Positions 40,008 through 50,341 of a DNA stretch of 64,000 nucleotides are shown here, one piece after another. The stretch lies in the IMG/VR virus record IMGVR_UViG_3300044701_002566. One strand, 5' to 3'. The position numbers and the translations under genes were made by a program. The first letter of the stretch is position 1. Each line of letters starts with the position of its first letter. The DNA comes from an uncultured virus (IMG/VR IMGVR_UViG_3300044701_002566) (lineage: Duplodnaviria > Heunggongvirae > Uroviricota > Caudoviricetes). The notes beneath the pieces are model-generated. The model was not told the origin of the DNA and did not search any database. It worked only from the letters and a program-made list of their open reading frames with translations.

Positions 40008-40394
40008 TCAAGCCTTCCCTGTGCGAATCGCCTCAAGGCGACGGGCAATGGCATTGCGGATGCGGACACGGCCTTCGATCTTCTTCCAGTCAAGAAGCTG
40101 CTCTTCGTCGTGCATAATTTCAATCATGCTGAGAGCATCACGCTGTGCAAGTTGAGAAAGGGTTTCCACGCTTTGCGGAATCTCTTGCACAGTAGGCATG
40201 TCCTTCATCTCTTCGATGGCACCAATGGCCATCAGGCGCTTCACCATTCGATTTTGACGAGCCTCTGCCCACTTGGACTCGGGCACGTCTGCATTGACGC
40301 CAGGACTGAGCTGAAGAATCCCGACATTGGTGATCACGCCAAAGCCCCCTTCACGCGGCGGATTTTCCAGTTCAGGGCGATAAGCAATAAGCAT
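40008..40394 (-). CDS. Hypothetical head-associated protein
   Basis: Lies between the capsid and adaptor genes. Confidence 0.65.
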   Translation of the reverse strand: MLIAYRPELENPPREGGFGVITNVGILQLSPGVNADVPESKWAEARQNRMVKRLMAIGAIEEMKDMPTVQEIPQSVETLSQLAQRDALSMIEIMHDEEQLLDWKKIEGRVRIRNAIARRLEAIRTGKA

Positions 40395-40446
40395 TGGTGG
40401 TTCAGAAGAACTGCCGCTAAGCCTAACGCCCCAAACTCAATCAGCC

Positions 40447-41352
40447 TCAGTTGTTTTGAACGTAGATGACGCTCTTGGGGAAATAGATGGCAACGCCACC
40501 CACTCGGGCATGAGCCGGAACGATGAACTCCAGACCACGCTGCTGAGGCGGGAACAGCTCAAGCGGCTGCGGAATGTGCAGTTGCACCTTCTGCGGATCG
40601 CGCTTGTAAACCACCATGCGGTTGGTGGTCAGCGAGCTGTTGTCTGCATCGAGCTGGTTGATGGGCTCGATGGAGGTGATGTACGGATTGGTGCGCAGGA
40701 AGTATTCCAGCACAGTCACGTCCGAGGAGTCGGAGTTGCGCTGCGTGGAGATCACCCGGAAGTCCTCATAGGGAATGAGGATGGTATCGGGCTGTTCCTT
40801 CATCTTGGAGCCATTGACGATGGCAGTCACACCATAGTTCAGCAGCTCAAGCATTTCCTGCGAGGTGGTGCCGCTATCGGTGAACCACTTGTCAGCAGTC
40901 AGCACATCAACGGTGGAGTTGTTGAAGAAACCAGCCAGGGAAGCAGAAGCCTCACCGAACATGGCCACCTCTTCCACTTTCTCCTCATAGGCACGACGCA
41001 CAGCAGCAGCGCGACGCTGCTCCAGAGCGATGTTGGCCATCTGAGCAGCACGCAGTTCCTGCACGGTGTAACCGAAGCTACCGCCGAAGGAACGAATGTT
41101 GATGCTCTTCTCCACTTGGCTGATGTCAGCGCGGGGCAGATCATCAGCAGCATCGGCCAGCAGGCGGAAGTCGCCAGTGCTGTCCATGATGCGGTAGGTG
41201 AAGGTTTGCGCTGCATTACCCGCTTCAGCGGTCACAGGCAGAATGGTCGGGTACTTGATGTCGGCGTAGACAGTTTCAAATACCTGGGGGCGGATGTACT
41301 CAAGCTGGCGCTCAAGAAACAGGCCCGCCTCATCCATGCGGAAATCAGACAT
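40447..41352 (-). CDS. Major capsid protein (DUF2184 family)
   Basis: FLERQLEYI, YTVQELRAA and HARVGGVAIYFP motifs. Confidence 0.9.
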   Translation of the reverse strand: MSDFRMDEAGLFLERQLEYIRPQVFETVYADIKYPTILPVTAEAGNAAQTFTYRIMDSTGDFRLLADAADDLPRADISQVEKSINIRSFGGSFGYTVQELRAAQMANIALEQRRAAAVRRAYEEKVEEVAMFGEASASLAGFFNNSTVDVLTADKWFTDSGTTSQEMLELLNYGVTAIVNGSKMKEQPDTILIPYEDFRVISTQRNSDSSDVTVLEYFLRTNPYITSIEPINQLDADNSSLTTNRMVVYKRDPQKVQLHIPQPLELFPPQQRGLEFIVPAHARVGGVAIYFPKSVIYVQNN

Positions 41353-41367
41353 TGGTAGGGCCTCCTA

Positions 41368-41931
41368 TCAGCCGGTAGTGGTGTCAGCGGTGAGGGTGAA
41401 CGACGGACCGTTCAGCTCAAGGATTGCCAGGCCAGAAGCCGCCGAGGTGAGGTAGCGGGCATTGGACAGCACGGCAGTCTTGCCAGAGATGGCAGTGGCG
41501 TGGAACTGACCGGCATACTTGACGCCAGTAGCAGTATGCACAACGCGCACAGTCGAGGCGGGGGTCACGGAACCGTGAACGTAAACGGCAACAGCGCCTT
41601 CGTTCATGACGTTAAGAGCCTGATTGGCCTTCACGCCAGGACGGCTATTGGCGTCTTCGGCAGTTTCGTCAACGTAGGTGAGAACATTGACGCCCACCAC
41701 GGGAGCAGTGGTGCCGGAGATCGTCTGAGCGGAGTTGTCAACAGTGCCACCACTTGCATAGGTGAGCACGTCGCCGAAAGCCAGCACAGCGCCGGTTTCG
41801 TTGACATAGGTGCCAATGGTGTTGTCACGAATGTCAGAAAGCTGGCCTTCCAGCAGAGCAGCATGTTGCAGTTCATAGGACTGCTGCACACCACCCGCCG
41901 AACCAGCAGTAGAAGAGAAAGTAACGGCCAT
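41368..41931 (-). CDS. Capsid decoration/cement protein
   Basis: Between the DUF2213 and capsid genes; VMNEGAVAV. Confidence 0.7.
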   Translation of the reverse strand: MAVTFSSTAGSAGGVQQSYELQHAALLEGQLSDIRDNTIGTYVNETGAVLAFGDVLTYASGGTVDNSAQTISGTTAPVVGVNVLTYVDETAEDANSRPGVKANQALNVMNEGAVAVYVHGSVTPASTVRVVHTATGVKYAGQFHATAISGKTAVLSNARYLTSAASGLAILELNGPSFTLTADTTTG

Positions 41932-41933
41932 GA

Positions 41934-43124
41934 TCAGCGGTCCTTCTTGGTAACGGAGAGGGGGGTTTTCCAGCCGTTCTGCAGACGCTCCAGGTAGGAA
42001 GAGGGAGCAGCCACAGGGGAGGCGAGAGACGCCACGGCTTTGCGGAGGCTGTCAGTGGAAGCCGAGTCCTTGCGGGCGGTTTCCGACAGGGTGTCAAACA
42101 TGGCTTCAACGTAATCGTCGGAACGCTCCGACAGATCGCTGTCACCACGCACCGCCTTGATGGCGGCTTCCATGACTTCGCGGGCGCTCTTGCCAGAGAA
42201 GTCAAACTCGCTGTCCAAGGTGGTGCGAGCCTTGTCGATGAGGGCAATGCGCTCGTCCACAAGCGAATCAATGTTCACTTGCTTGGCGGCCTCAAGATCA
42301 GCCTTGGCGGCTTCAAGCTCTTGAGCAAGGGCATCGGCGCGGCCTTCGGCAGCGTCCATCTTGCCCTTCATTTCCTTCTCCATCGCATCCATTTCCTCCT
42401 TCATCTTGGAGGCTTCGGCCATCATGCCGTCGTACTTCTTCTTCATGTCCTCGTAGGACATCTTGGCGTCCTCTCGTTCTTTGGTGATCGCAAGCGCAAC
42501 GCTTTCGCTCACCTCAAACTCAGCGCCATCAAAGTTGACTTTCGCAGTCATAGATGGTTCCTCTATGTTGAGTAGGTGTGGACTAGCTGCATCAAGACGA
42601 TCAAGATGCAACTTCACTTGCGGGCCAGCACGGCCACGCCTAACAACGGCCACATGATTGCCGCTAATCGAGCGTTGAACGCCGTCATAGTGCTCGCCGT
42701 TTTCTGTGACGCCAGGCGTAGAGTCGTATTCGACCCTATAACCCGCGCTGACTTCCTTCACATCCTTGCGCATGATCTTCTCAATGGCATCTTTGTCGGT
42801 GATGGTCATAACAGCTCGGACGAAACCGTTGTCATAAACCACCTCCGTACCAGTGAAACCAATCTGGTGTTCCTTGGTATTGGAGCTGTCGAGAAGAACG
42901 CTGGGATGCTCCAGTGTTACAGCCTTGCCCGCAAATGAAGCAAGACTTTCAGCCGAGCCAACTTCTTCCGCTGGACGGTATTCCTTGCGAATGGAACCAT
43001 CTGCATCGGTGTAAAGTTGAACACCAGTGCGTGCAATGGTCGCCCAAGCACGAAGATAGCCCTCAGGCGTCACTTCGTACTTGTCAATAGGAGATACGTC
43101 GTAACGAAAAGAAGTTTCGCTCAT
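41934..43124 (-). CDS. Prohead protease/scaffold (DUF2213 family)
   Basis: TPEGYL, ARTGVQ.Y, EVSAGY, NHVAVV..GRAG; coiled-coil C-terminus. Confidence 0.88.
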   Translation of the reverse strand: MSETSFRYDVSPIDKYEVTPEGYLRAWATIARTGVQLYTDADGSIRKEYRPAEEVGSAESLASFAGKAVTLEHPSVLLDSSNTKEHQIGFTGTEVVYDNGFVRAVMTITDKDAIEKIMRKDVKEVSAGYRVEYDSTPGVTENGEHYDGVQRSISGNHVAVVRRGRAGPQVKLHLDRLDAASPHLLNIEEPSMTAKVNFDGAEFEVSESVALAITKEREDAKMSYEDMKKKYDGMMAEASKMKEEMDAMEKEMKGKMDAAEGRADALAQELEAAKADLEAAKQVNIDSLVDERIALIDKARTTLDSEFDFSGKSAREVMEAAIKAVRGDSDLSERSDDYVEAMFDTLSETARKDSASTDSLRKAVASLASPVAAPSSYLERLQNGWKTPLSVTKKDR

Positions 43125-43218
43125 GTCATAAGGCTAACGGACGGGCTATACTGGCTCACAATCCTATTCAATCCTGCATACCGTGACTGGGCACCTGTCG
43201 CCTCTGGATGTGTCAAAA

Positions 43219-43479
43219 ATGAACTACATGCAGGCGAAGGCACTCATTGCATCACGCCTTAAAGAAGCTCGTCTGAACAGTGGCATGAACCAAGAAGATG
43301 TAGCCTTCCACTTGAGCATCAGTCAAAGCTCCTATTCCAGAATGGAAAAAGGACTCATCTCTCCCGACTGTGCTCAGATTCGCGTGTTGAGCGGACTCTA
43401 TGGCATCTCAATCCTCTGGCTCTTGGGGATGCCAAACTTCTTGGTCTATGCCAATCAATCCTCGTCGTCGTCGTCCTGA
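43219..43479 (+). CDS. XRE-family HTH regulator
   Basis: RLKEAR..GMNQEDVA..LSISQSSYSRMEKG. Confidence 0.85.
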   Translation: MNYMQAKALIASRLKEARLNSGMNQEDVAFHLSISQSSYSRMEKGLISPDCAQIRVLSGLYGISILWLLGMPNFLVYANQSSSSSS

Positions 43480-43772
43480 TTCCTGATAGATTGCACCTGG
43501 CGCTCCACGTCTTCCATCACATAGGCTCTGGCGATAGCCTCCACCTCAAAGACCAGCATCCTGATCGGCACATAGTATTCATGCGGTTTGTCGTAGCGAT
43601 TCTCGACAAACATGTGGGTTTCGTCGTGCCGACCATTCTTAAAGTGCTGCTCCTCAACAAGTCTCCAATGGGGAGTGTCCCTGTGCTCATGCGCCGAAAG
43701 AATCGACAGGGCTTTCATGATGCCAATGCCGTCCTCACTGTCCTCTTCGATAATGTGAACGTACTCGCTCAT
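43455..43772 (-). CDS. Hypothetical acidic protein
   Basis: ATGA-coupled ORF. Confidence 0.6.
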   Translation of the reverse strand: MSEYVHIIEEDSEDGIGIMKALSILSAHEHRDTPHWRLVEEQHFKNGRHDETHMFVENRYDKPHEYYVPIRMLVFEVEAIARAYVMEDVERQVQSIRNQDDDDED

Positions 43773-44368
43773 TGCCCTTTGCGGCGACTTTCAACCATCT
43801 TAATGATGCGATTGGCCCAGGCTCTACCCGCATCGCCACCCCAGAGCATCCAAGCAATTCGACCAGCATCATCCTCGCCGCCGCTCTTGTTCTTCTCATG
43901 GCGAGAGAAGAATGCTGCCATGCGCTTGATTGTCTCGTAGCTCACGGCTTCACCACCGGCAAGGTCCGAAGCCCGTGCCACACCACTGCCAATGCCCTGC
44001 TTGCCAGCCTCTTGCGTGGTCAGGCCACCCTTGCCGTGCTTCTTGCGCAGTTCCAGCCCTCGACGGGCCGCAGAACGCACTGACGATGGAGGGGAGAAAG
44101 ATTCTGCGTCGTCTCTGTCCTCGTCTTCGTCTTCACCCTCGTCTTCGTCTTCGTCCTCATCGTCCCCGCCAAGCTCCTTCATGAAAGCCAAGTAGTATTC
44201 ATCGCCCATGTCCTTCTTGGGCTTCCGAGATAAGCCAGCCTCTGAAAGGGCAATGGCAAGGGCTTGTTTAGGACTGGTCACAGCTTCTCCGCTGCTGCTC
44301 TTGAGCTTGCCGCCCTTGAACTCGCGCATCACGCGACGAATCTTGGACTGTTGTTTCTTGCTGGCCAT
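43769..44368 (-). CDS. Two-domain protein: basic DUF6496-like N-terminus, acidic linker, head-module C-terminal domain
   Basis: VMREFK.GKLKSSSG..VTSPKQA.AIALSEA; GVARA..L...RM..FFSRH...IAWMLWGG. Confidence 0.7.
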   Translation of the reverse strand: MASKKQQSKIRRVMREFKGGKLKSSSGEAVTSPKQALAIALSEAGLSRKPKKDMGDEYYLAFMKELGGDDEDEDEDEGEDEDEDRDDAESFSPPSSVRSAARRGLELRKKHGKGGLTTQEAGKQGIGSGVARASDLAGGEAVSYETIKRMAAFFSRHEKNKSGGEDDAGRIAWMLWGGDAGRAWANRIIKMVESRRKGQ

Positions 44369-44371
44369 TGG

Positions 44372-44998
44372 CTACACCCAGTCGTAAAGCGCCACTTCAA
44401 AGCGGGCACAATCTTCCACAATCGTAGCCTTAATTGCCTTCACTTCATCGTGCCGTGGCTTTCCTTGCCAGAAACGATCATGCCACTCCACATAAATGGC
44501 TTTCACCCATTGCCCCACGTTGCTTATTTCAAGGAGTCGTGGTAGCACTTCAAACTCGGCCCCTTCAATGTCACACTTAACGTAGATGGTGGCATCGCTG
44601 TCCGCGTCAATAATCTCCTGCACGATTCGCTTCACATCCACTGCTTGCACTTGATGCTTCTCGCAATGATGCAGCTCAATCTCAGTCAATGGTTCCATCA
44701 CGCAAGTGGAACCTGCTTTGTAGCCAGGCAGCCACTTAAATGTCACCACAGCATCTTCTGTGCCAACAGCAGCATGAATAGCCTGAAACGAAATAAAACG
44801 CTCTGCGATGGACGGAACGACTGCTTTGTTTGCTTCGACTGCATGAGCGGAAGGTTCAAACGTGAGAACATGCCAATCGTAAAGCGGTTTATCGCCAAAG
44901 AACAGTTCCCGCTCAAAAGTGAGCAGGCCGCTTTCGCAGCCTGAATACTTCCCACCATTGTCCAAGTAGTGAGTGCCGAAGTCAAGAAAGTATTTCAC
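44372..44998 (-). CDS. FkbM-family SAM methyltransferase
   Basis: FLDFG, FEP, VKCDIEGAEF and YVEWH motifs; GTGA overlap with the upstream stop. Confidence 0.85.
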   Translation of the reverse strand: MKYFLDFGTHYLDNGGKYSGCESGLLTFERELFFGDKPLYDWHVLTFEPSAHAVEANKAVVPSIAERFISFQAIHAAVGTEDAVVTFKWLPGYKAGSTCVMEPLTEIELHHCEKHQVQAVDVKRIVQEIIDADSDATIYVKCDIEGAEFEVLPRLLEISNVGQWVKAIYVEWHDRFWQGKPRHDEVKAIKATIVEDCARFEVALYDWV

Positions 44999-45705
44999 TG
45001 ATAAATCAAGCGGTCGTGCCAGAGTTGATTGTAGTTGTTGGTGCCCTTGGCTCCCAATGCCGACAGGTCTCCGCCGCCCGCTGGCTTGCCCCATGCAAGA
45101 ATCGTCCCATCGGGCAGGACAAATGCAGTGTTCTGGTTTTGATGAGTGGGGGTCAGTTGCACGAAGTCACCATAAACAAACGATGACTGCTCTCCATGCC
45201 GAGCCAGTGCTTGCCCCAGTACGGGAGTAGCAGTAGGGGACAATGGAGTGATGCCGTAGTATTTGTTCCGGCAGTTCTCCACAATCTGATGGATGGCGTG
45301 ACGAAGCGCAGGATTGCCTGGCTTGGAGAACAGAACAGCGGTCATGCACGCCCAGCAAGTGCCGGTAAACTTCTGGATTTCACGGAAGGCGAGAAAGTCA
45401 ATGCGATCAGCAAGCTCAACAGGAGAATGAAGCCTGATTGCAATGTCAAAGTACCAGCCTCCAACAATGTAAAGGATGCAGAACCTGCCCAAGTCTGCTC
45501 TGTTGGAATAGGAACGAAGACTGTCATAAGCATCAACAACATCCTGCTCAAAGTGCTCAACGATGAACGCTCTAAGTGTTTCGTTGTCATACCGCACATA
45601 GTCGGCACCAGGAAAACCTGCTCGCACTGTATTGGTAAACAGTTGCAATGCTTCCGGCAGCTCCTTGCCACCGTTGTCATTCAGGAAGATTTGGGAAACT
45701 TGCAT
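44995..45705 (-). CDS. GT32/Gly_transf_sug-like glycosyltransferase
   Basis: RADLGRFCILY..GGWYFD (second Asp of the DxD motif is Ala). Confidence 0.78.
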   Translation of the reverse strand: MQVSQIFLNDNGGKELPEALQLFTNTVRAGFPGADYVRYDNETLRAFIVEHFEQDVVDAYDSLRSYSNRADLGRFCILYIVGGWYFDIAIRLHSPVELADRIDFLAFREIQKFTGTCWACMTAVLFSKPGNPALRHAIHQIVENCRNKYYGITPLSPTATPVLGQALARHGEQSSFVYGDFVQLTPTHQNQNTAFVLPDGTILAWGKPAGGGDLSALGAKGTNNYNQLWHDRLIYQ

Positions 45706-45707
45706 GA

Positions 45708-46931
45708 TCAGGCCACCTTCACGGGGGCACCAAAGCCCTTGAACTCAGGCGCCTTCGCCTCGGGAGTCAGCAGCTCATTGATGTAACCAAGCATCTTGTT
45801 GGTGACGTGCTTCCAAGTGAACTGCTCTTCGTGAATACGGTTGTGACACCACACGCCATCTTCCTCCATCAGCTCACGGTTGTAGTAGTAACTGTCGAGC
45901 AGTTCGGCCAGGTGATCTGCCGATACTTGCCCACGTTCCAGTCCGTAGTTTCTGTCGGTTTCCCAGCTTTCTACTGCAATGCGCGGCACCTCGTCAAAGA
46001 TTTCCTTCAGACTGGTGTGATCTGGCACCAACTGCGGGCGACCAGTTGCAGCGTGCTCAGTATTCACCAAGCCCCAACCCTCTCCCAAGCAGGTATTCAC
46101 GCCAACATCCACTGCGTTGTACACCTTATTGAGCTGCTCAATGGGAAGACAGTTGTGGGTGGAGAAGTTGGGACTGGTCAAAATGAGCTTCCCAGTGGAG
46201 TCATAACCCTCGTCTCGGGCAACACGCTTGAACAGTGGCACCACTTCCCACCCCATGTCTTTCTTGCCCATGTTCAGCCACAGTCGAGCATCAGGCTTGT
46301 CTTTTGCAAACTTGATAAAGCCCTTAATGGTCAAGTCAATGCGTTTGCGTGGTTGGTTCCTGTTGCCATTGAATACAATGAATACATCCTCGGGAACACC
46401 CACGTCCTTCCTGCACTGCTCCTTGTTCAGCGGGAAGAACTTGCTGAAGTCAGTGCCATGTCCGACAATGCCAATGGGACGGGTGTAGCCCATCTTCTCG
46501 ATTTCCAGCTTGGCAAACTCGGTGTAGGTGATGAGCTTGTCCCACTTTTCCAGAGCAGGTAACAGTTCAGGAAACAGCCCGTAGGAGTCAATGGGAGTGT
46601 AAACACAAGTCTTGAAGTTCAGCTTTTCCTTGAGCGGCTCAATGCGGTCGATCAGACTGATAGCCACCCAAATGTCATTGACAATGAACACCACGTCTGG
46701 CTTGATGGTTTGCACCAGTTCGGCAATGCGATGGGAGCCGAACGGGTCAGAGCCGTGCGCCATTGCAGGAAACATCTGGCAATGCTGCTGCATGGGCGAG
46801 GGGTCGCCGTGGTGATTGACCGCAAGTGCGAACACTTCATGCTCTTTAGCGAGAGCAGGAATAAGGTATTCTGCAACGCGACCGAAGCCCGTCTGCACGC
46901 CCGCATCGCCGCAATAAAGGATTTTCGCCAC
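45708..46931 (-). CDS. GT4-family glycosyltransferase
   Basis: TGFGRVA, NRNQPRKRID and YNAVD...GEGWGL..TEHAATG motifs. Confidence 0.88.
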   Translation of the reverse strand: MAKILYCGDAGVQTGFGRVAEYLIPALAKEHEVFALAVNHHGDPSPMQQHCQMFPAMAHGSDPFGSHRIAELVQTIKPDVVFIVNDIWVAISLIDRIEPLKEKLNFKTCVYTPIDSYGLFPELLPALEKWDKLITYTEFAKLEIEKMGYTRPIGIVGHGTDFSKFFPLNKEQCRKDVGVPEDVFIVFNGNRNQPRKRIDLTIKGFIKFAKDKPDARLWLNMGKKDMGWEVVPLFKRVARDEGYDSTGKLILTSPNFSTHNCLPIEQLNKVYNAVDVGVNTCLGEGWGLVNTEHAATGRPQLVPDHTSLKEIFDEVPRIAVESWETDRNYGLERGQVSADHLAELLDSYYYNRELMEEDGVWCHNRIHEEQFTWKHVTNKMLGYINELLTPEAKAPEFKGFGAPVKVA

Positions 46932-46970
46932 TGAAAGAAAGAAGCTCGCTAGATACTACTAGATTCTTCC

Positions 46971-47504
46971 CTAGACGCACAAGCCGCGAGATCTTTCGTA
47001 GTCAAATTCCGAAGACAACTCGCAAATTTTTGCGTCTCTAGCACGAATAGCCTCTTCCAGTGTTGCAAAATGTCCTAGGTAATGGTCCCCTACGCCCACC
47101 CTGTAAGGTCTTGGCTTGCTCAGGTATGGATAGTAGCCGATACAGGTTTCCCCCGAGCTGCTGGAAGTATTTCTTTTGGTGTTCTTGGCATTCTGAGCCG
47201 GTGTTGCCAATCTTAAATTTTCTGGACGATTATCTTTTACGTTTCCATTTATATGGTCAATTGAGTATTCCCCAGGGTCTTGGCCGTTGAACATGGCCCA
47301 AACGATACGGTGCACTGGATAGATTTTCCTGTCCAGTGATACCCTGTAATAGCCATCTATATTTTCTGTCGTGATTTCTTTTCCGGGGACGACGCAGTTT
47401 GCCTTCGGGTGAGGCTTTTTCTTCCAAAACAATCGACCTGTAGCGTCAACGGCGAAAACTTCTTGTAGCCTCCAAATCGGGGGCAACGGCTTAGACTTGA
47501 TCAT
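46971..47504 (-). mobile_element. Free-standing HNH-AP2 homing endonuclease
   Basis: VHRIVW..IDHINGN..DNR.ENLR plus AP2-like YLGHF.T.EEAIRARD; AT-richer than its flanks. Confidence 0.85.
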
Positions 47505-47555
47505 CAGCTCATCTCCAGTGAGTTGGTCGCGAACCGGGAGGTGGCACTCGCCGGT

Positions 47556-48233
47556 TCACACCATTGTAGCTGGAAATTGCTGGCGGAAGTACTCAGCCGT
47601 GCAACGACAGCGCGACCTGCAAGCGCATCTTTGCCCAGGCAAGGGGATCGATCCGATAGGAACAATTCCTCTGGCAGAGTACTGAATGCAGTCAGCACAA
47701 TGCTGCGCCATTGGGTCGAGGATGCGGCGCATCAGTCCATAGCCTTCCGCCTGTTTACGAAGCTCCGCACCCTGCCAGTAACTCCCGCGTACACTTTGAG
47801 CATAAAGGCTGATACGAGCAACAGCCATGGCAGCAGAAGAGCGACCAGCCAGAACGTCACCAGCAAAGCCCTGTAGGTAAGCGTATTCTGCACGAAGCCT
47901 CTGACCGATGCGCCCATACTCGACGCTTCCCATGCTGTCCTTGCCACCATGCCCGATGATGGCTGCTTGGATGTGAGCTGCCTTGATTGCTTCACGGACG
48001 CTGCCCTGCCATTGATCTAATGTGATACTCCCCTCTGCCATCATGCGCGTAACACGCCGCAGAGTGGTGTCGAGCCTGTTAATGCGGCTGTCCACCAAGG
48101 CTTCAACGGCCTTCTGGCTTAAAAACCTCCCCTTTTCATTGCGGTAGCGGCCAGTGCGCTGATCATAAGACCAGACTGCATCGAGCCTTGTGGCTAATAC
48201 TGCTTGAGATAGCCCGCTCAGGTCATTCAGCAT
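47556..48233 (-). CDS. Head morphogenesis (gpF-like) protein
   Basis: Follows the portal; HCADC...PG..C.CRSRCRC C-terminus. Confidence 0.75.
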   Translation of the reverse strand: MLNDLSGLSQAVLATRLDAVWSYDQRTGRYRNEKGRFLSQKAVEALVDSRINRLDTTLRRVTRMMAEGSITLDQWQGSVREAIKAAHIQAAIIGHGGKDSMGSVEYGRIGQRLRAEYAYLQGFAGDVLAGRSSAAMAVARISLYAQSVRGSYWQGAELRKQAEGYGLMRRILDPMAQHCADCIQYSARGIVPIGSIPLPGQRCACRSRCRCTAEYFRQQFPATMV

Positions 48234-50277
48234 CGTCCGCCTCTAGCAGTTCTTTGAACTGGGCTGGCGCTTCTTCTTTCCATTGCTTCAAAGCCTCGGC
48301 AATGTCTTCCTCTGAGATGAGCGCAGCTTCGTCAATGCCTCCAATGATGAGCCCTCCAGTCTTGATGGGTTCAATGGCATCCACTTTGCTGCTCACCATC
48401 TTTGCAGCTCCCTTGCGCTCAGGGTCTGGATCGGCCTTGCGCTTGCGAGCAACAATCGTTCGCCGCTCTTCCTTTTCCATTGCCTCTGCCTTTGCTCTTG
48501 GCAGACACTTGGGCTTTCCTTCCTTTTCGCTTCTGTCGCCACACTCTCCCAGAATCTCGCCATTGGAGCCAATCCTCACCCACTCCTCCTTGAACCACTT
48601 GTCCAAGTCGTCATAGTTCACATCACCATCGTCTCCCTTGAAGCCGCTCTGCCCACCGTGCTTTCGTGCATACAGCTCCTTGTACTTCTTCACCATGAAC
48701 GCACTGGCGTAGGCACTAGGCCACACCTTGAACTTGCTTTTGGCAGCAGCAATCGCTTGCTGGTGAAGCTCCTTGTCCTTGAACTGCACATCACCTCGCT
48801 TGTGCTCCAAGTCGCCCTCCAGGAACAGGCCCGCCTTGGAGTCGGCCACCTCACGGGTGCCGTCAATCGGCAGGGTGCCATTCTCTTCATTCAATGGGTC
48901 GCGGCCACCAGGGGGCACCGATCCTCCCGCCTTGGGAGCAAGCATTGCATCGTTTGCCTTGAGCGATGGATCGAGGGCGGTTTCCATTGACCATTCAGAC
49001 CCTCCATAGCGAGCATCCCTTACTTCTTGCGCATGAAGAACGCCCAGTTGCAGCATCCTGCCGTCCACGGCTGCCACACGGGCTCTCACGTCTGCCTTCT
49101 CTCGTTCATTCAGTTCAAACAAGTCATTGAAGGCCACGCGCCACGACTGAGGCAGTTCGCCATTGGTCGGTCCGGTCTTGCTCAGCATGATCATTTCCAT
49201 CAGCTTCTGCAAGGGTCGCTTGTAGTGCGCTGCTTGGTAATCGCCAAGGAACTTGGCGAAGTCTCGCTCTTCACTGCGCCCCGTAGCGCCAAGACCACTC
49301 GGGCTCTCACCAAACAAAATGGTATGGGGAATCTGCGAGGCGCCAATAATGTCAATGCGGAGCTTTTCCAGTACGTCACCAATGCCGGTCAAGTTGCGTG
49401 TAACATAATCAAGCTCTTCACGTTCGGCATCAATGGCATAGCCGCGATAGATGCTCTTGCTCATGTCATTCAGCACCAAACGCTGTCTCACATCGGCTTC
49501 CTTGCCAGCAGCAAGCATCGTGCTCAAGCCTCGCAGCTTATGCACAAACACGTCAAACTCAACCAGCACTGTTGCAGCAGAGTTGAGGCCAGTCCAATAG
49601 TGCCGGAAGCTGTCGTAAATAGTCTGAAGGCTGCTCATTCCCCAGCCGTAGTTCCTCTGCCTAATGCGATAAGGCAGCCACTCGCCATCAAACCTGAGGA
49701 TCCTATCCTTGTGGATCTTTTGTAGCTGCGGCTGCTGAATCAAATCGCCTGAAATGATCTGGTAGTAAGTTGCCTTAGAATAGTCGTAGAGGCTTTCCTC
49801 ACTGATGATTGGTGCAATCTGCCAGCGGTCAAGCACTTCCATGCCTTCAATGGCACGAATGTTGCGCTTGTTGACCGGCTGATCAGCGGCTCGACCATCG
49901 TCAATGTAAAGGAGGATAACCGAACCGCCATAGAGTCTTGCATTCTTGCTGGCGAGCATGAAGTGCTCAAGAATGTAGAGATCCTCGATGGTTTGCTCAA
50001 TGCCAGCCACTTCTTCTGCTCTTGCTCCGTCCCCACCAAACAGCACTTTGTAGCCTTTGCGTGTGGACTGCTCGGCCACCACGTCAATGATGCGCCTAGG
50101 AATCCACTCCCCATAGAGATTTTCCAGCTCTTCTTGCGTGAGGAAGACGATGGGCTGAGTGGTTGTGTGGCGGCTCTTGTCTCGACCAGTGCCCATGCCG
50201 GTGAGAGCATTGGCAAGTCCATCCATGCGAAGGCCATTCGCGGTGGCGTGACCCAGATCAACTACTTCTTCTGCCAT
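48223..50277 (-). CDS. Portal protein (DUF1073 family) with C-terminal extension
   Basis: ARLYGGS, WGMS.LQ and IPHTILFGESPSGL motifs; extra C-terminal domains. Confidence 0.88.
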   Translation of the reverse strand: MAEEVVDLGHATANGLRMDGLANALTGMGTGRDKSRHTTTQPIVFLTQEELENLYGEWIPRRIIDVVAEQSTRKGYKVLFGGDGARAEEVAGIEQTIEDLYILEHFMLASKNARLYGGSVILLYIDDGRAADQPVNKRNIRAIEGMEVLDRWQIAPIISEESLYDYSKATYYQIISGDLIQQPQLQKIHKDRILRFDGEWLPYRIRQRNYGWGMSSLQTIYDSFRHYWTGLNSAATVLVEFDVFVHKLRGLSTMLAAGKEADVRQRLVLNDMSKSIYRGYAIDAEREELDYVTRNLTGIGDVLEKLRIDIIGASQIPHTILFGESPSGLGATGRSEERDFAKFLGDYQAAHYKRPLQKLMEMIMLSKTGPTNGELPQSWRVAFNDLFELNEREKADVRARVAAVDGRMLQLGVLHAQEVRDARYGGSEWSMETALDPSLKANDAMLAPKAGGSVPPGGRDPLNEENGTLPIDGTREVADSKAGLFLEGDLEHKRGDVQFKDKELHQQAIAAAKSKFKVWPSAYASAFMVKKYKELYARKHGGQSGFKGDDGDVNYDDLDKWFKEEWVRIGSNGEILGECGDRSEKEGKPKCLPRAKAEAMEKEERRTIVARKRKADPDPERKGAAKMVSSKVDAIEPIKTGGLIIGGIDEAALISEEDIAEALKQWKEEAPAQFKELLEADDAE

Positions 50278-50341
50278 TGCCCCTTGTGGCTAGTTCTCTC
50301 ATTCTAATGGTGGTTATCATGGCGACGATGCCCATGTCTTT

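Noticed and set aside
19071..42938. Long + strand ORFs opposite structural genes (e.g. 19071-20000, 40456-41358)
   Set aside because: Antisense shadows of codon-biased minus-strand genes.
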